A stretch of DNA of 18,784 bases from Oopsacas minuta (GCA_024704765.1 JAKMXF010000070.1:18959-37742); one strand, 5' to 3'; shown: positions 1 to 11,009, counted from the stretch's first letter. Program-made: numbers and translations. Notes: generated from the letters alone by a model not told the origin.

Positions 1-748
1 CTCCAAAGAATTGTCAAAAGAGACCTGGGTTTATCCTCATTTAAAAAACATAAAGTGCACTATCTTTCAAAGGTAATGAAGGAGAAGAGGCTGAAGAGAG
101 GCAAAGGTCTCATTGACCGGTTCGCTATCCAAGGTCTTGATCATGTCTTGTTCTCAGATGAGAAATTATTTACAATATAGAGAAAGCTTATAATCAACAA
201 AACGACAGAATATTGTCTTCTACAGCGTCTACCATCCCTGAGGAATACAGATATGTAAAAAGAGTACAGAAACCATGTTCTGTTATGGTTTGGGCTGGAA
301 TATCTTCACTTGGCCGGACTCCAATAGTTTTCATCCCAACTGGGGTAAAAATAAATGCCCAAACTTACCAAAACCTTGTTCTAAAGCCTATAGTCAAAGA
401 TCTTAGCAAGTCGATGTTTAACAATGAACCCTTTGTGTTCCAACAAGACGGTGCCCCTGCTCATACAGCAAATACCACTCAAAGCTGGCTTCACTCCGAA
501 ATTCCTGACTTTATTTCCAAACAGGAATGGCCGCCATCTAGTCCGGCCTTAACCCTCTAGACTTCTCAGTTTGGTCTATATCACAAACAAAGTCTTGTTG
601 TAAATCCCATAAAAATTTGGAGGCCCTGAAGCGATCAATAATACGTGCTTGGAATGAAATCCCCCAGGAAACTATGCGAATAGCAGTAGAGGTGGTTCCT
701 TCACGACTTAGGGCTGTAATTAAGAAAAAAGGTGGATATATTGAATAA
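1..748 (+). pseudogene. DD37D transposase pseudogene
   Basis: Frame 1 reads LFSDEKLFTI. A 2-bp insertion near 176 shifts to VMVWAGIS...FQQDGAPAH...WPPSSP. A 1-bp deletion near 547 hides DLNPLD. It ends KKKGGYIE* at 746-748. There are 37 residues between the second and third Asp. Confidence 0.92.
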
Positions 749-871
749 GCCTAATATATTATTATCCAAGTAATGTGTACGTTATTGTGTGTTAAGATTT
801 TAAGTCATTTCAGTTAGTTTTGTCAAGATTATGACCTTTTATCTGTGGGACAGAACTTATGGGCCACCCTG
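1..871 (+). mobile_element. maT/DD37D (IS630-Tc1-mariner) DNA transposon, 3' part; 5' end lies outside the window
   Basis: Transposase remnant is followed by the right terminus ...gggccaccctg (871) and TA (872-873). Reverse complement CAGGGTGG is a typical maT terminus. Confidence 0.9.
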
Positions 872-889
872 TAGTAAAATATATATATG

Positions 890-1770
890 AATATGCTTTG
901 ACATTGGAAAATGACTGCAATAATTTGTATTGTTAGGTTTCAAAATTTCTATGCGCGAAATGTGAAGCTGACAATCAAATCTTTGTGTAGCTCAGGATTT
1001 CACTCTAAATGTGTTGCTATTGGAAATAGATTGTAATGTATCGTAGAGTAAAGTAATGCATTGAACATGTATTGACATTTGAAATTGACGGACAACAATT
1101 TGTGTTGCTCAGTTTCAGAATGTCTATGTTAATATTTAGTCACACAATTTCAAAGTGGCGATATGTGAAATTGACTGTCAAAAATTTGTATAGATAAGTA
1201 TTTCAATTAACATGTTCGCTAATAGAAATCGAGTGAAAAGTTTTGTGTAGTTCACTAATGCAAGTCATAAGTGTTGATATTAGATATTGCCTGACAGCCT
1301 TGTAAATAGTTTATTCACACAATTTCTAAGTAGTGAAATGTGAAATAGGAGTGTACAAAATTTCACCCAAAATTTCAAATTTCATCATAAGAATTGTGAA
1401 AGTGTATAATACAAAGTATTGTTACTGAAATACAAATGTCACAGCGTAGTCCTCAAATAATGTTCTATACATTGCATTTCACATAATTTCCAATCAAACA
1501 ATTAGCAAGTGAACAGTTGACCAATAGAAATATTTTATGTTCAATTCACTATTTCAACACAATCTTTTTGGAAAAGTATGCTATACAAAGTATTATCACT
1601 CAATTTCAAATGTCACAACATAGTCTCTAATATTGTTCTCTACACTACAGTTCACACTTTTTCAAATCAAACACTGTGGAAGTGAACAGCTGACAAATAT
1701 AAATATATCACATTCAATTCAGTATCTCAACACAATTTTTAGGAAAAGTATATTATGCAAAGTATTATAA
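890..1770. repeat. Diverged ~173-175 bp tandem repeat arranged as two oppositely oriented arms
   Basis: Right arm: aagt..atacaaagtatt..caaatgtcaca recurs at ~1400, ~1574 and partially ~1746. Left arm: tcacacaatttc.aagt.g.ga.atgtgaaat at 1140 and 1315, and tgacatt.gaaa.tgac at ~900 and ~1073. The latter are reverse-complement matches to the right-arm unit. Confidence 0.7.
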
Positions 1771-1910
1771 CCATAGATTCCTTTAGAGAAGGACTGGAAC
1801 GTCGCGATCTCGGGGTTTTTAACTTGAGTCTGAGAGGCTCCAATTACAAAATTGAAAAAGCATTAGAACCTATATTTAACTTATGGTTGGGGGCCAGGCA
1901 CAACCAAGAA

Positions 1911-1911
1911 N
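1911..1911. other. Probable collapsed assembly gap (single N)
   Basis: Sequence class changes abruptly at the N, from an unassigned open frame to a hAT transposase C-terminus. Confidence 0.7.
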
Positions 1912-2078
1912 TACGAATGAAGGACTAGAGTCTGTATATCTCGAAAAAATTGTTGAGTTTTCTATGTCCTTACCAGGGACATCAGCTGCTGTAGAGAGAG
2001 TATTCTCATTAATGAATAATATTTGGACAGACGATAAGGCGTGGCTCAGCATTGATTGCCTGGGGTCAATGCTATTTA

Positions 2079-2695
2079 CAGTCTGTTACATAATTATTTA
2101 GAATGGAGATGTTTTGTTACAAAAGCAACAACGAAGCATGTCCCAAAGATACAAGTGTGGGCTGCATTCTCATCTATAGGTACATTCCCATTGTGCTTTT
2201 TCACTAACAATATGAACAGTGAAATGTTTTTATATATAATGGAAGGATATTTGATAACTCAGGCACAAGTACATCATGAAAGTCACTGGCGATTGGTGAT
2301 GGATAATGATCCAAAACACACCTACAAAAGCTCTGCAACTGGTTGGCACAAATGTACCAAATCAGATTCCATGGCTTTCACAAAGTCCAGATCTTAACCC
2401 CTTTGGAAATTTATTCGCATGGGCGAAGCGAGAGATACTTTAGCTAGGCCCAAGGACAATTCCAGACCTGAAACTCAATTTAGAAGCGGTCTGGAATCGT
2501 ATTCAACCAGATTTTCTCAAACCTTACTGTGAATCAATGTCCAGAAGATGCCAGCTACTAGTAGAAGGCAACGGGTATCCTATTAATTATTAAGATCTAT
2601 TACTTCACTCTCAATTTGGGCATATATGGCAATGTATACTGTGACTTTAATAATTTTCGGCTTAAGTAACAATTCTAAATAAATACGTAACAGAC
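2079..2695 (+). mobile_element. Tc1-family internally deleted element
   Basis: TA(2077-78) + cagtctgttacataattatttagaat at the left. The right TIR attctaaataaatacgtaacagac (2672-2695) lacks the terminal TG and is followed by TA (2696-97). Confidence 0.85.
2105..2593 (+). pseudogene. Tc1 (approximately DD34E) transposase C-terminal half
   Basis: KIQVWAAFS...MDNDPKHT, frameshifts, then WLSQSPDLNPFGNLFAW (catalytic E replaced by G) ...NGYPINY* at 2591-2593. Confidence 0.88.
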
Positions 2696-3057
2696 TATAA
2701 AATGTAATTTCGATTTCTCATGCATGGAATTTTATAAACATATTTACAAAACAAAGAGCTTCTTAAGAAGTCACACTTTCTGAAAAATATGCCAAAAATC
2801 CCTATTATTAGCTGTTATAGTAGCCCACTTCTATATCTGTTTTTCGAAATCTAATTGTTACTTTGTAGTGAAGTAAACATACGTACACTATTTTAATATA
2901 TTCAATTGTTAGTAAATCTATCTTTCTATCACTCTTTACTACATCTGTTGTTAATAAATATATGCAGCAGAAGCTCGTTTAGATACTATTACCCAGTATT
3001 CAGTCAACATAATGCATTCATTATTGTGTTTTAGTAATTTTCAGGTATTTATAGTGT

Positions 3058-3166
3058 GTCCAGGATTTTGTCCAAGATTTTTACAATGCTGTCCAGGAAT
3101 GTCCAGGATTTTTTAAGAAAAAATGGAAATGTACAGGATTTTGATGAAAATCATCTGGTCACCCTA
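3058..3166 (+). repeat. hAT right subterminal repeats and 11-bp TIR
   Basis: About five (gt/ta)CAGGATTTT-like units followed by tggtcacccta. Confidence 0.8.
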
Positions 3167-3758
3167 ATTTAAAGGTACAACTAACAAATCTATAAACAGT
3201 CCAGCGATATATAGTTGTGTAACCTGTATAGTATCTTTGAGCTATCTAATAACTTGTAAACTCTGTAAGCGCTTTAATGATTATACGTGATGTAAGGCGA
3301 AAATGTAGGTCGTAATAGCGCATTCTTCCAGCTAATTCTTGTCCGAAAAGACTGAAGTCAGAAGGTTATGTATTTCATAATATACATCCATAGGTCAGAT
3401 TGTGTACAGTTGTTCCAAGTTGTCAAGTTCGCTATTGCCAATTAACTACGAAAAGCTCTCTTAGATACCATTCAATGATATATTTTATAGACAGATCTTG
3501 CAATGAAGCCAAAATATAGAATTTTTTCTCTAAAAATAGCATTTCTCATAAATCGACACGCTATGAGAACATTGGAGTAAATGAGCAATGTTAACTTTAA
3601 AACAATTATTATGTTCAAAACTAATAATATATGGAATCGATATTTTTTTATTCTGACGCAACCACCCGATCATGAAATTTGGAAATAGCAAATTCAGCTG
3701 CGATATTTCCTACCACTCTTCTTTAATACACCAACGTGCACTAGTAATCAAAGGGAAC

Positions 3759-4268
3759 ATGTCTAATGCTGAAAAGAATGTATTTTCTATGTTTGAAAGG
3801 TCACCATCGCTAGGTGATTGCAGAAGTATTGACTTAGGTATCCTCTAGCATCTTGCGAAATTAAGAGAAGAATTCTAGCAATATTCCACAGATAGAAGAG
3901 AAATGGATTTGGATTAGGTTAGTAATCCTTTTCATCCGAAAACTGAAAAGCAATTCGAGTTGCAAGATAAGTTTAATGATGTTATCATTGACTCAACATT
4001 TAATGTTTCACTTGAAAAGGAAGACTTAGAAACAGCCTTGTCCAGTATTTCTTCTCCATACCCATGAATCAGCAAGCATGTGTTGATATCATTATTATTA
4101 TTCCCAACTACTTACCTTTACGAATCTGCATTCTCAACTCTTTCTCCAATAAAATGCACTACCAGAAATCGTATTAATTTGGAAGATGAAATCCTTTGCC
4201 TAATTTCTAAACTTCAACCTCGAATCTCACTTCTGAGTCAAGAAGCACTATGTCAAGGCTGACATTAA
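3759..4268 (+). pseudogene. Buster/Charlie-type hAT transposase C-terminal remnant (ZBED5/FAM200-like)
   Basis: One frame with several stops: HLAKLREEF*QY...SNPF...LLLFPTTYLYESAFSTLSPIKCTTRNRINLEDE...KLQPRISLL...QG*H*. This matches the Buster-type FPTTYLCExxFS...RNRL...PxI...Q.SH ending. No TIR was located. Confidence 0.85.
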
Positions 4269-5101
4269 TTCTTATATCAGTTAATCTGTATTTCCTTTAA
4301 TTCTCCTCACCCATTCTTGATGGTTACTAGCAATAATTATTAATTAAACCTTTTTGGAAATGGTCCACTATAATATGGAATTGTATTTGCCGGCACAGTG
4401 AATATTTCCAAATGCATATAGTGAAATCCGTGTCGAAAGTAATTTAGAGTCTCGATATGTCTATTTCTTGACTCATCTATCCTCTAAGCGTCAAACAATG
4501 GGTTACTCGATAAAGTAAGTATACATTTTTTGAATCGAATGTCGCCACATTCCTGTCACATTTTGCGTTGCTAGTTAACAAATAATTTAAAAAATTACCT
4601 AGTGACCACTCAGACTATGGTAAATCTTTCAATGAGTTTGATTCAAACTGAAGGAGCTATTTGTATTTATTGGGTCAAAATATGCGCTTTAGAGTTGTAA
4701 GGTACAACTACACCTAATACTTAACAATTGGAATATAGTATTTTGTTAATCAATAAGTGCCATAATATGCACAAAAATCAATTATATTTGGAACAAGCTT
4801 CTTACACGAATGCTAGTTTCAACTTACTATTCAGTCCCTATAATTTAGATCCATTTGAACGAAATCTCATATCGAATGATTTCAAAACTAATCTCAGTGA
4901 ATACAATCTAGTCAAATCATTTTTGAGATATCTGATTTGATTACAGGCCTGATGTTTTACTTTTTGAGTGTCTCCTCAATTCGTGTAGCCACATAATCAT
5001 TGAGACCAGCAGCAATACAAATTTCTATATTTCTCAACATATCACTTTTTGAAATCCGTTTCTTAGAATCCTTATATATTCCTCCTTAATTTCTTCTCAA
5101 G

Positions 5102-6053
5102 GTACGCTGATGATATACAAATTTTAGAGGATCTCTATAGTGAAGTTGAGCTAAAAGCTATAGAAAACCAGAAAAAGAAAGTTCACATAGATTTGGAACT
5201 ATCTGCATTTGTTGATGAATTAAATGGTATTGATTTTTATAATAAAATTGTGGCTGAAGATCTACAATGTTTTTTAAGCTTTCCTGGAATGCTGGAGGTG
5301 TCAGAATTCTTTCGCGAAAAGGTTTTAACCAATAATAGAGAGTGCGCTATATATGGAATACGCGCACATGAACTTCGGGAAGGTGAGGCACAAGAATTCT
5401 TGAACTGTGTTAAAAGATTAACCGATGAAAATATACAATTATCTATTCAACTTATAGATTCTTTTAAAGTTACTCACAATCATTATGAGTTAGAGCTCAC
5501 AAACCTACGAGACGATATAATGGTGAATTCGCTTCTGAATGAAATGCGTAGAGGGGCTAGAGATATATTCAATTTATTGATCAAGAATGAAATGCAATTA
5601 GTAGATCAGATTGAACAAATATTTCAAGATTTCGAGAGAATGTTGAATGAAATGGTTATCCTGTTTTTGGAACAAATTCGTTTTTATATGACTGAGTGCA
5701 GAGATTTATCCCAAAAGTTTGCTGAAAAATTGAATGATATTGCAATGAATACTTTGGAAGAGATCAGCAAGGGTCAGTTAGAAACCGATCTCTCAGAAGA
5801 AATTTTGAGATTGTTGGTGGACAAGGACAATTTAGTCTCAACTTTGTCATCTTCACATGATTGTCATATGAGTACAATCGATAAAAAGGAAGATTATATA
5901 AATGTTGGCGTTAACAACTATGTCATGAAACTCTTATCTCATTTTTCCTCAGTTGAAACTGAGAGGAACAGATTGAGGATTGGAGAAATTGATAATCTTT
6001 ATGAATCCTTTACAGAATTGATCGATGAAATTGAAGAAAACCTTGATAAGTAG
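5102..6053 (+). CDS. DRC3: Dynein regulatory complex subunit 3 (LRRC48), 3' terminal coding exon
   Basis: Uninterrupted frame of 317 codons (stop included) after a pyrimidine tract and AG (5100-5101). The frame is closed upstream by TAG 5064-5066 with no ATG before the homologous region, so splicing is required. Recalled human DRC3 motifs align: AFVDELNG/AFVEHLNG, EMQLVDQIE/EMQLVEQLE, CRDL, LVDKD..V.....SHDCH...ID..ED/FVDKD..V...ASHDIH...ID..ED, RNRLRIGEI/RNRKRVKEI. Confidence 0.9.
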
Positions 6054-6547
6054 GGTTGCTTGATTGATTTTTACTAATGATAATCTTCAAAGTGTATGGC
6101 AGTATATACGAATCTATACATATCGGGGATAACTCGTACTAACTCAGCCAACCCATTTTGTAACTGATTTCCAAATAACCTTGATTTGCATTTTTGCTGA
6201 GATATGTAGCCACCTAAAGATTTCGAGAACGATCTAAAAATTATTTGAAATATTATGTCATTTCGTCCTTAAAACCTGAGAAATTTCTAAAAACCCCTTT
6301 GCATAAGGGCCCCGGTGTAATATGCCGATTTTATAAGAATATGCGAAATGTCAATAAATGCATAGATACTCATTGCACATTATGTTAAATACACTTCATT
6401 GCCCTATCATGCATGGTCTTTGAGATATTCGATACCCAAGGATGAATTTCCACTTTCCCCACTACAACTGAGTTTTCTCTACATTGCCCTACACCCTTGT
6501 GATTACATCATGAATGTTAACAATACTGATAGGTTTCAATCATACTA

Positions 6548-7851
6548 CAGGATGACACATGAATACTATTACAACTTTAAAACTACCATATTGTAGATGA
6601 ATATAATTCAATAGCGTTGAAACTTATCCACTATATTATACTACATATCTATTTTATCTCAATAAATCACACCAGCTATATCTCACTTAGAAGTTTTATT
6701 ATTTCAACATTTTGTAATGGAGACTCGTCGTTTAGTTGTTATTGAGTTATTCAAGCCGGAAAGTGCAGAAGTGAAATTGCCTCTTTGCTCAGTTACAATA
6801 GGATGTTTATTTCGCGAACTTTGTCACAGTTTGCTGATACAGGAGACGTGTTAGACCCGACCACGACCTGGCCGTCCAGGTAGTGCACGGAAAATTTCTT
6901 TAACCAAGAGGGTGCTACACGGATTAAACGAAATCCCGCCCGAAGTATCCGAATAATGGCCATTGAAACAAATACACAGAGAATCGATGCGGAGGCTTGT
7001 TTGTAATGATTTGGGCATGAAAGCGTACAAAATGAAAAAAAGACAACTCCTCACAGCCAAAAATAAGAGTATGAGATTGGGAAGATGCAAGGCTATGCTT
7101 TCACGTTTCACCAATGGTCGACACAAGCAAATCCTTTTCTCTGATGAGAAATTATTTACTGTTCAGCAGGCCCTAAACAAGCAATATCATATGATTTTAG
7201 CCACAGATAACAGTACTTTGCCAGAATCTACTTTCCAGGTATCTAGAACGCAGAAACCAGCTTCAGTGATGGTATGGGCCGGGGTTACTGCAACTGGTCG
7301 GACACATTTGATCTTTATCCCCCAAGGTGTGAAAATCAACCAATCGGTTTATCGGGAATCAATTCTTGGGAATGTTTTGAAGCCTTGGGTACAATCACAT
7401 TTTGGAAACGACCTATGGGTATTCCAGCAAGATTCTGCCCCAGCTCACAATGCTAAAGCCACTCAAATGTGATGCAAGACCATTTTTCCGGGGGTTATTT
7501 TTCCGAAGAGTGGCCACCTTGTTCGCCAGACTTTAACCCCCTCGACTTTTCTATATGGTCCATATTGGAGGAGAGGTTTAACGCTACACCCCATCGTTCA
7601 GTTTCGGTTCTTAAGAGTACATTATTAAGAGAGTGGTCAAAGATTCCGGATGAGCATGGGTGTGCCAGTGTAGACTCCTTCATCGTTCGTCTGAAGAGCT
7701 GCATTAAGGCAAAACGCAATATATTTGAGTAATACTTTCTTAATTTTCAACCCTATAGCATATCTAAACAATTTAGAATATTAGAACGATAGCTCCAATA
7801 GTTTTGTTTTCAGCCCTTTTATATTTGTAGCAGTATTTATATGTCACCCTG
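6548..7851 (+). mobile_element. Full-length maT/DD37D transposon (1304 bp)
   Basis: TA(6546-47) caggatgacacatgaatact ... agtatttatatgtcaccctg TA(7852-53); 17 of the first 20 TIR bases match. Confidence 0.92.
6717..7732 (+). pseudogene. DD37D transposase pseudogene
   Basis: METRRLVVIELF start, RPRPGRP after frameshifts, LFSDEKLF, VMVWAGV, FQQDSAPAH, TGA stop at 7470-72, WPPCSPDFNPLD, NIFE*. Several frameshifts. Confidence 0.92.
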
Positions 7852-8373
7852 TATGTAGTTTTCTTTCTAGAGTTTTAGGCTTATAAATTGGTTATTTCCT
7901 AGATATTTGCAAAATCTGGCTATTTTATTATTAGACAGAAATGGTACAGTTTCATAAAATTTGCTCCAATCCTATTTGATTAGTTAGGCAGCGGCCAATT
8001 TCTTATAAGTAAATTATATTTTGTGGATACCTTCATTGTCAATTTACACTAGAGTTTCGCTAATACGAACACGGTTAAGGGATACAAATTAGACCACATT
8101 ATCGGTCCCATTTGATGCCTTTTCAATCTAAATTAGTTCGCATAACTCGCACTCTGATTATGGGGTAATATTTTGTCATTTCTTTGGTGCACTTATTAAT
8201 TGGAGTCTACTGATGAGGCATATTTCTGGATTTAAATAATAGAAACAAAGGAGAGGAAGGTGAATCGCATTTCGGAATTTGGATTGAATTATTTTAGGCT
8301 TAGCTTTGATTACCTCTTCTTTTGTTTCACAGATATTTGTGAACACATTGGAGTTTATCAACAACATCTACTA

Positions 8374-9594
8374 CCGGTGTTCATTAAGTTCTGATCACTA
8401 CCCCCAAAAGTAACCAAAGGTATATTGTACACAAACTATCAATGTTAATTTTTTTCGAAAGGCTAGTCACCGTTATTTAGACAGCGTTGAAGACGTTCCA
8501 ACCAGTGCACAAAATATTTTATAGTCTTCCGACGGGATCCGTTTTGATACTGGAGAATCGCCCATCCCAGTTCTGCGCTTTTGCCAAAAATGACGACCAG
8601 AGAGGTATTCCTTAAGCTTAGGGAAGAGATAGAAATCACAAGAGCAAGATCTGGGCTGTAGGGTGGATGTTCAGGTTCAATCATCCCCATCCTTAAGAGT
8701 TTTTCTTTAACTTGCTTGGTTTTGTGAAGTCGGAAATTATCATATAGTAATCTCAACTGTTTAGCACCAGTCCTTTTTCTCCTCTTCAACAAGCTTTCTT
8801 CTACTGCACCAAGACAATTACTCATATAGAATCTTCGAGTAAAGTTTGTACCTTTGGAACTATCACCTGGGCCACTGGTCCATCTGCATCAAGAATATGC
8901 AATACATGATCCTCGATGGTCTGAAATCTGGACGCGGTATCATTGGAGGGTCTGAGTGCTTCCTATCCACACCTTATTTGTTTGTTTGGAAAAGGGGTGT
9001 TATACTGAACCCATGTCTCATCACCAGTCACAATCTCAAATATTCTTCGCGGGTCGCATTCTTTGTAGGATTTCTGGAGATTACGACAACATCTTACCCT
9101 TGTCTCTTTTTGGGCCTTTGTAAATAAATGTGGGACCCATCTGGCACAAACCTTCGTCAACTTGGCTATGATCTTAAAATGTGGTCTACATTTTCCATCA
9201 AGATGCCAACACTATTGGAAAGTTCTCTGATAGTTATCTGTGGGTCTAGGTCTATCAGTTTCTTGATAACGGACGATTTAATGGGAGATACAGCCGTAAT
9301 TGGTGCTCCAGGCCGGGGTCATCGTCCATAGACTTTCTTCCCAGCCTGAAACTTTGAGCCCATCATCTGACTCCTGCATAAGATAGACCACCTTTTGTAG
9401 TATAGACTTGAACCCAATCAAGATGTATCTCGTGTGAAACTTTCCCTAGGAGAGTACGAATCTTGACATAAACTCTTTGCTCGATTATAGGATTCTTGCC
9501 AAGTGATGTCATAAATGTAAAGTATAAAAGACACCTGTTGTATAATTTGAGATAACTTGTTGAGTATTTAAGCCATAATGGTTAAATCAATACT
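8374..9594 (-). mobile_element. mariner (DD34D) element lacking its own 5' TIR
   Basis: TA(8372-73) + ccggtgttcattaagttctgatcacta is the presumed 3' terminus. No reverse-complement partner was found upstream of the ATG. Confidence 0.8.
8463..9512 (-). pseudogene. mariner transposase pseudogene
   Basis: EQRVYVKIR, VCARWVPHLFT, IVTGDETWV, LLYDNFRLH, HPPYSPDLAL(C)D with 34-residue spacing. Contains stops and frameshifts. Confidence 0.92.
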
Positions 9595-9918
9595 AAAACG
9601 TTCGATTCATCTATATATTGCGGCTTTCGAAGGAGATTCATCACCGTCAATATCGTGCATTTCACGAAGAATGTATGAGCAGTCTTCCCTTTTTTCCACA
9701 GGTACCAAATTATTTGTCGTTTTTCCTTTGCTAAAATCCATTAGTTGAAAAGTAGCCTATACTATTGAAACTTTATACTGAAGAATATGCTAGTAGGGTA
9801 AAGATTATATTGTATCGAAGTTAGACAAACAAACTTGTAATCCGATATTTGGCTTAGAGCTGTATTAACTAGAATATGAATTTGATTCATGGTCTCATTA
9901 CTTATTAGACAGCCCTTG
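9595..9918 (-). mobile_element. 5' end of a second mariner family
   Basis: Minus strand starts TA caagggctgtctaataagtaatgagac. ATG at 9741 gives MDFSKGKRQIIWYLWKKGKTAH../ILREMHDIDGDESPSKAAIYR*IERF (mariner N-terminal HTH). Similarity is lost near 9595. Confidence 0.75.
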
Positions 9919-9920
9919 TA

Positions 9921-10697
9921 CCTGTTAATTGTCAAAATCACTGTGAATATGTGGTTACATTTGAGATTCATTGCAAATTCCTCCTAGAAGACATTATCAA
10001 GTATAGTGTGGATAATATGGGTACATATATTCGAGAATGAACATGTCTCACGTGATATTTACTTTTAATATGTGCTTATAGTAGGACGTGCAACCAGATT
10101 CTTCAGTAAATGTTTTTGTATACATATATACACGCTGACACTGTTTTGTAATTGGTTTATGCACTAGAATTTCTATTGTATTCAGATATTCACAGAAATT
10201 ATGACTTGTATCTAGTTTTGGCATTCACTTGCAAATGTTTGCACTTGTTCACCGTGATACTGAACAGTAACAGGTATCTTCACTAGAATTTCTACTGTAT
10301 GCACATTTTTACAATAACAATGACTTATAACAGGCTTTTCACTATATTCTCTACTGTTAGCTTATATTCTTATTAAATATTGCTTTTAATCGTTATTTTA
10401 CTCTAAGATCTACTGAAAGCACAAATTTATAGTAACTATGACTTGTATCAGGTCTTTTCACAATAATATCCACTGTAAGCACATATTCACTGGAACTATC
10501 ATTTGTTATAGCTATTTTCACTACAATATCTACTATGGGCCCCTAGTCACTATGACTTTCAACAGCTTTCTTTCATTGGAATATCTACCGTAACCACATA
10601 TTCACACTGACTATAAATTCCAACTGACTTTTGCATTTAATTACTATTATCCGCACTTATCCACAGTGACACTGACTTGAATCAGGTTTATTTAATA
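9921..10697. repeat. Diverged ~58-60 bp tandem array with an internal orientation switch
   Basis: Forward units resembling tttcactagaatatctactgtaagcacatattcacagtaactatgacttgtaacagg run from ~10140 to 10690. About three reverse-complement units lie at 9921-10090, e.g. tgtgaatatgtggttac near 9943 versus gtaaccacatattcaca near 10590. Confidence 0.75.
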
Positions 10698-10699
10698 TA

Positions 10700-11008
10700 C
10701 AGTCTGTCAAGATGAAATAGAGACTTTCGTGTAATTGTGTATATTTCAGAATTTCTTCATTTGCTGTGGTTAGATATGAAACGCATTTGTTTTCTAATTC
10801 ATTTATACATGTATATCAAGTTATCATTAGTTAATTGATTCTAGAATACACGAATAACCTATCAGTCTGTCACTTAGAATACACATTCCCGAAACTATCT
10901 GCTATATTCCTATAGACCGCTCCAATATCTGTTTTTGGCTCATATTTGTATTTGTGTCGAAATACAAAATCAGCATGGTGAGTTAGAACGAAGAGACCTC
11001 ATCCGCAA
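10700..11008 (+). mobile_element. Probable left end of a Tc1/mariner-superfamily element, cut by the gap
   Basis: TA + cagtctgtcaagatgaaatagagact terminus. A possible frameshifted start MVS(L)ERRDLIR lies just before the N. Confidence 0.5.
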
Positions 11009-11009
11009 N
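11009..11009. other. Probable collapsed assembly gap (single N)
   Basis: The transposon ends on either side of the N have non-matching termini. Confidence 0.65.

Larger units (their letters stand above)
1912..2811 (+). pseudogene. hAT transposase C-terminal (dimerisation) region, split by the 2079-2695 insertion
   Basis: LEKIVEFSMSLPGTSAAVERVFSLMNNIWTD carries the catalytic-Glu ERxFS motif. Removing the insertion and one TA restores GSMLF-IKCNFDFSCMEFYKHIY. Two small deletions follow, then a stop at 2809-2811. Confidence 0.88.
1912..3166 (+). mobile_element. hAT transposon, 3' arm (TAGGGTGACCA-terminus family), interrupted by a Tc1 derivative
   Basis: Contains a hAT C-terminal domain, CAGGATTTT subterminal repeats and the terminus tggtcacccta (3156-3166), followed by atttaaag. 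Confidence 0.85.

Noticed and set aside
1883-2101. ORF that could be read as a novel fusion protein
   Set aside because: It crosses the N at 1911 and runs into the Tc1 TIR; only 1912-2078 is genuine hAT coding sequence.
3172-4710. Direct 12-mer aaggtacaacta at ~3172 and ~4699
   Set aside because: No associated termini or extended similarity; compatible with chance in AT-rich DNA.
4728-4940. Short ORF as an upstream DRC3 exon
   Set aside because: No LRR pattern or similarity to DRC3 is recognisable.
6119-6317. Possible TA-flanked MITE
   Set aside because: The termini share only a ca..cgggg core, too little to support a TIR.
6851-7719. ORFs 6851-7126, 7274-7456 and 7495-7719
   Set aside because: Antisense or off-frame shadows of the maT transposase.
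8210-8328. Hammerhead-like CTGATGA...GAAAC plus an imperfect inverted repeat (8242-8257 with 8313-8328)
   Set aside because: Stem II lacks the closing G-C pair and no stem I pairing can be formed.
8846-9971. ORFs 8846-9127, 9128-9331 and 9762-9971
   Set aside because: Antisense shadows of the mariner transposase, or a frame across TIR and array sequence.
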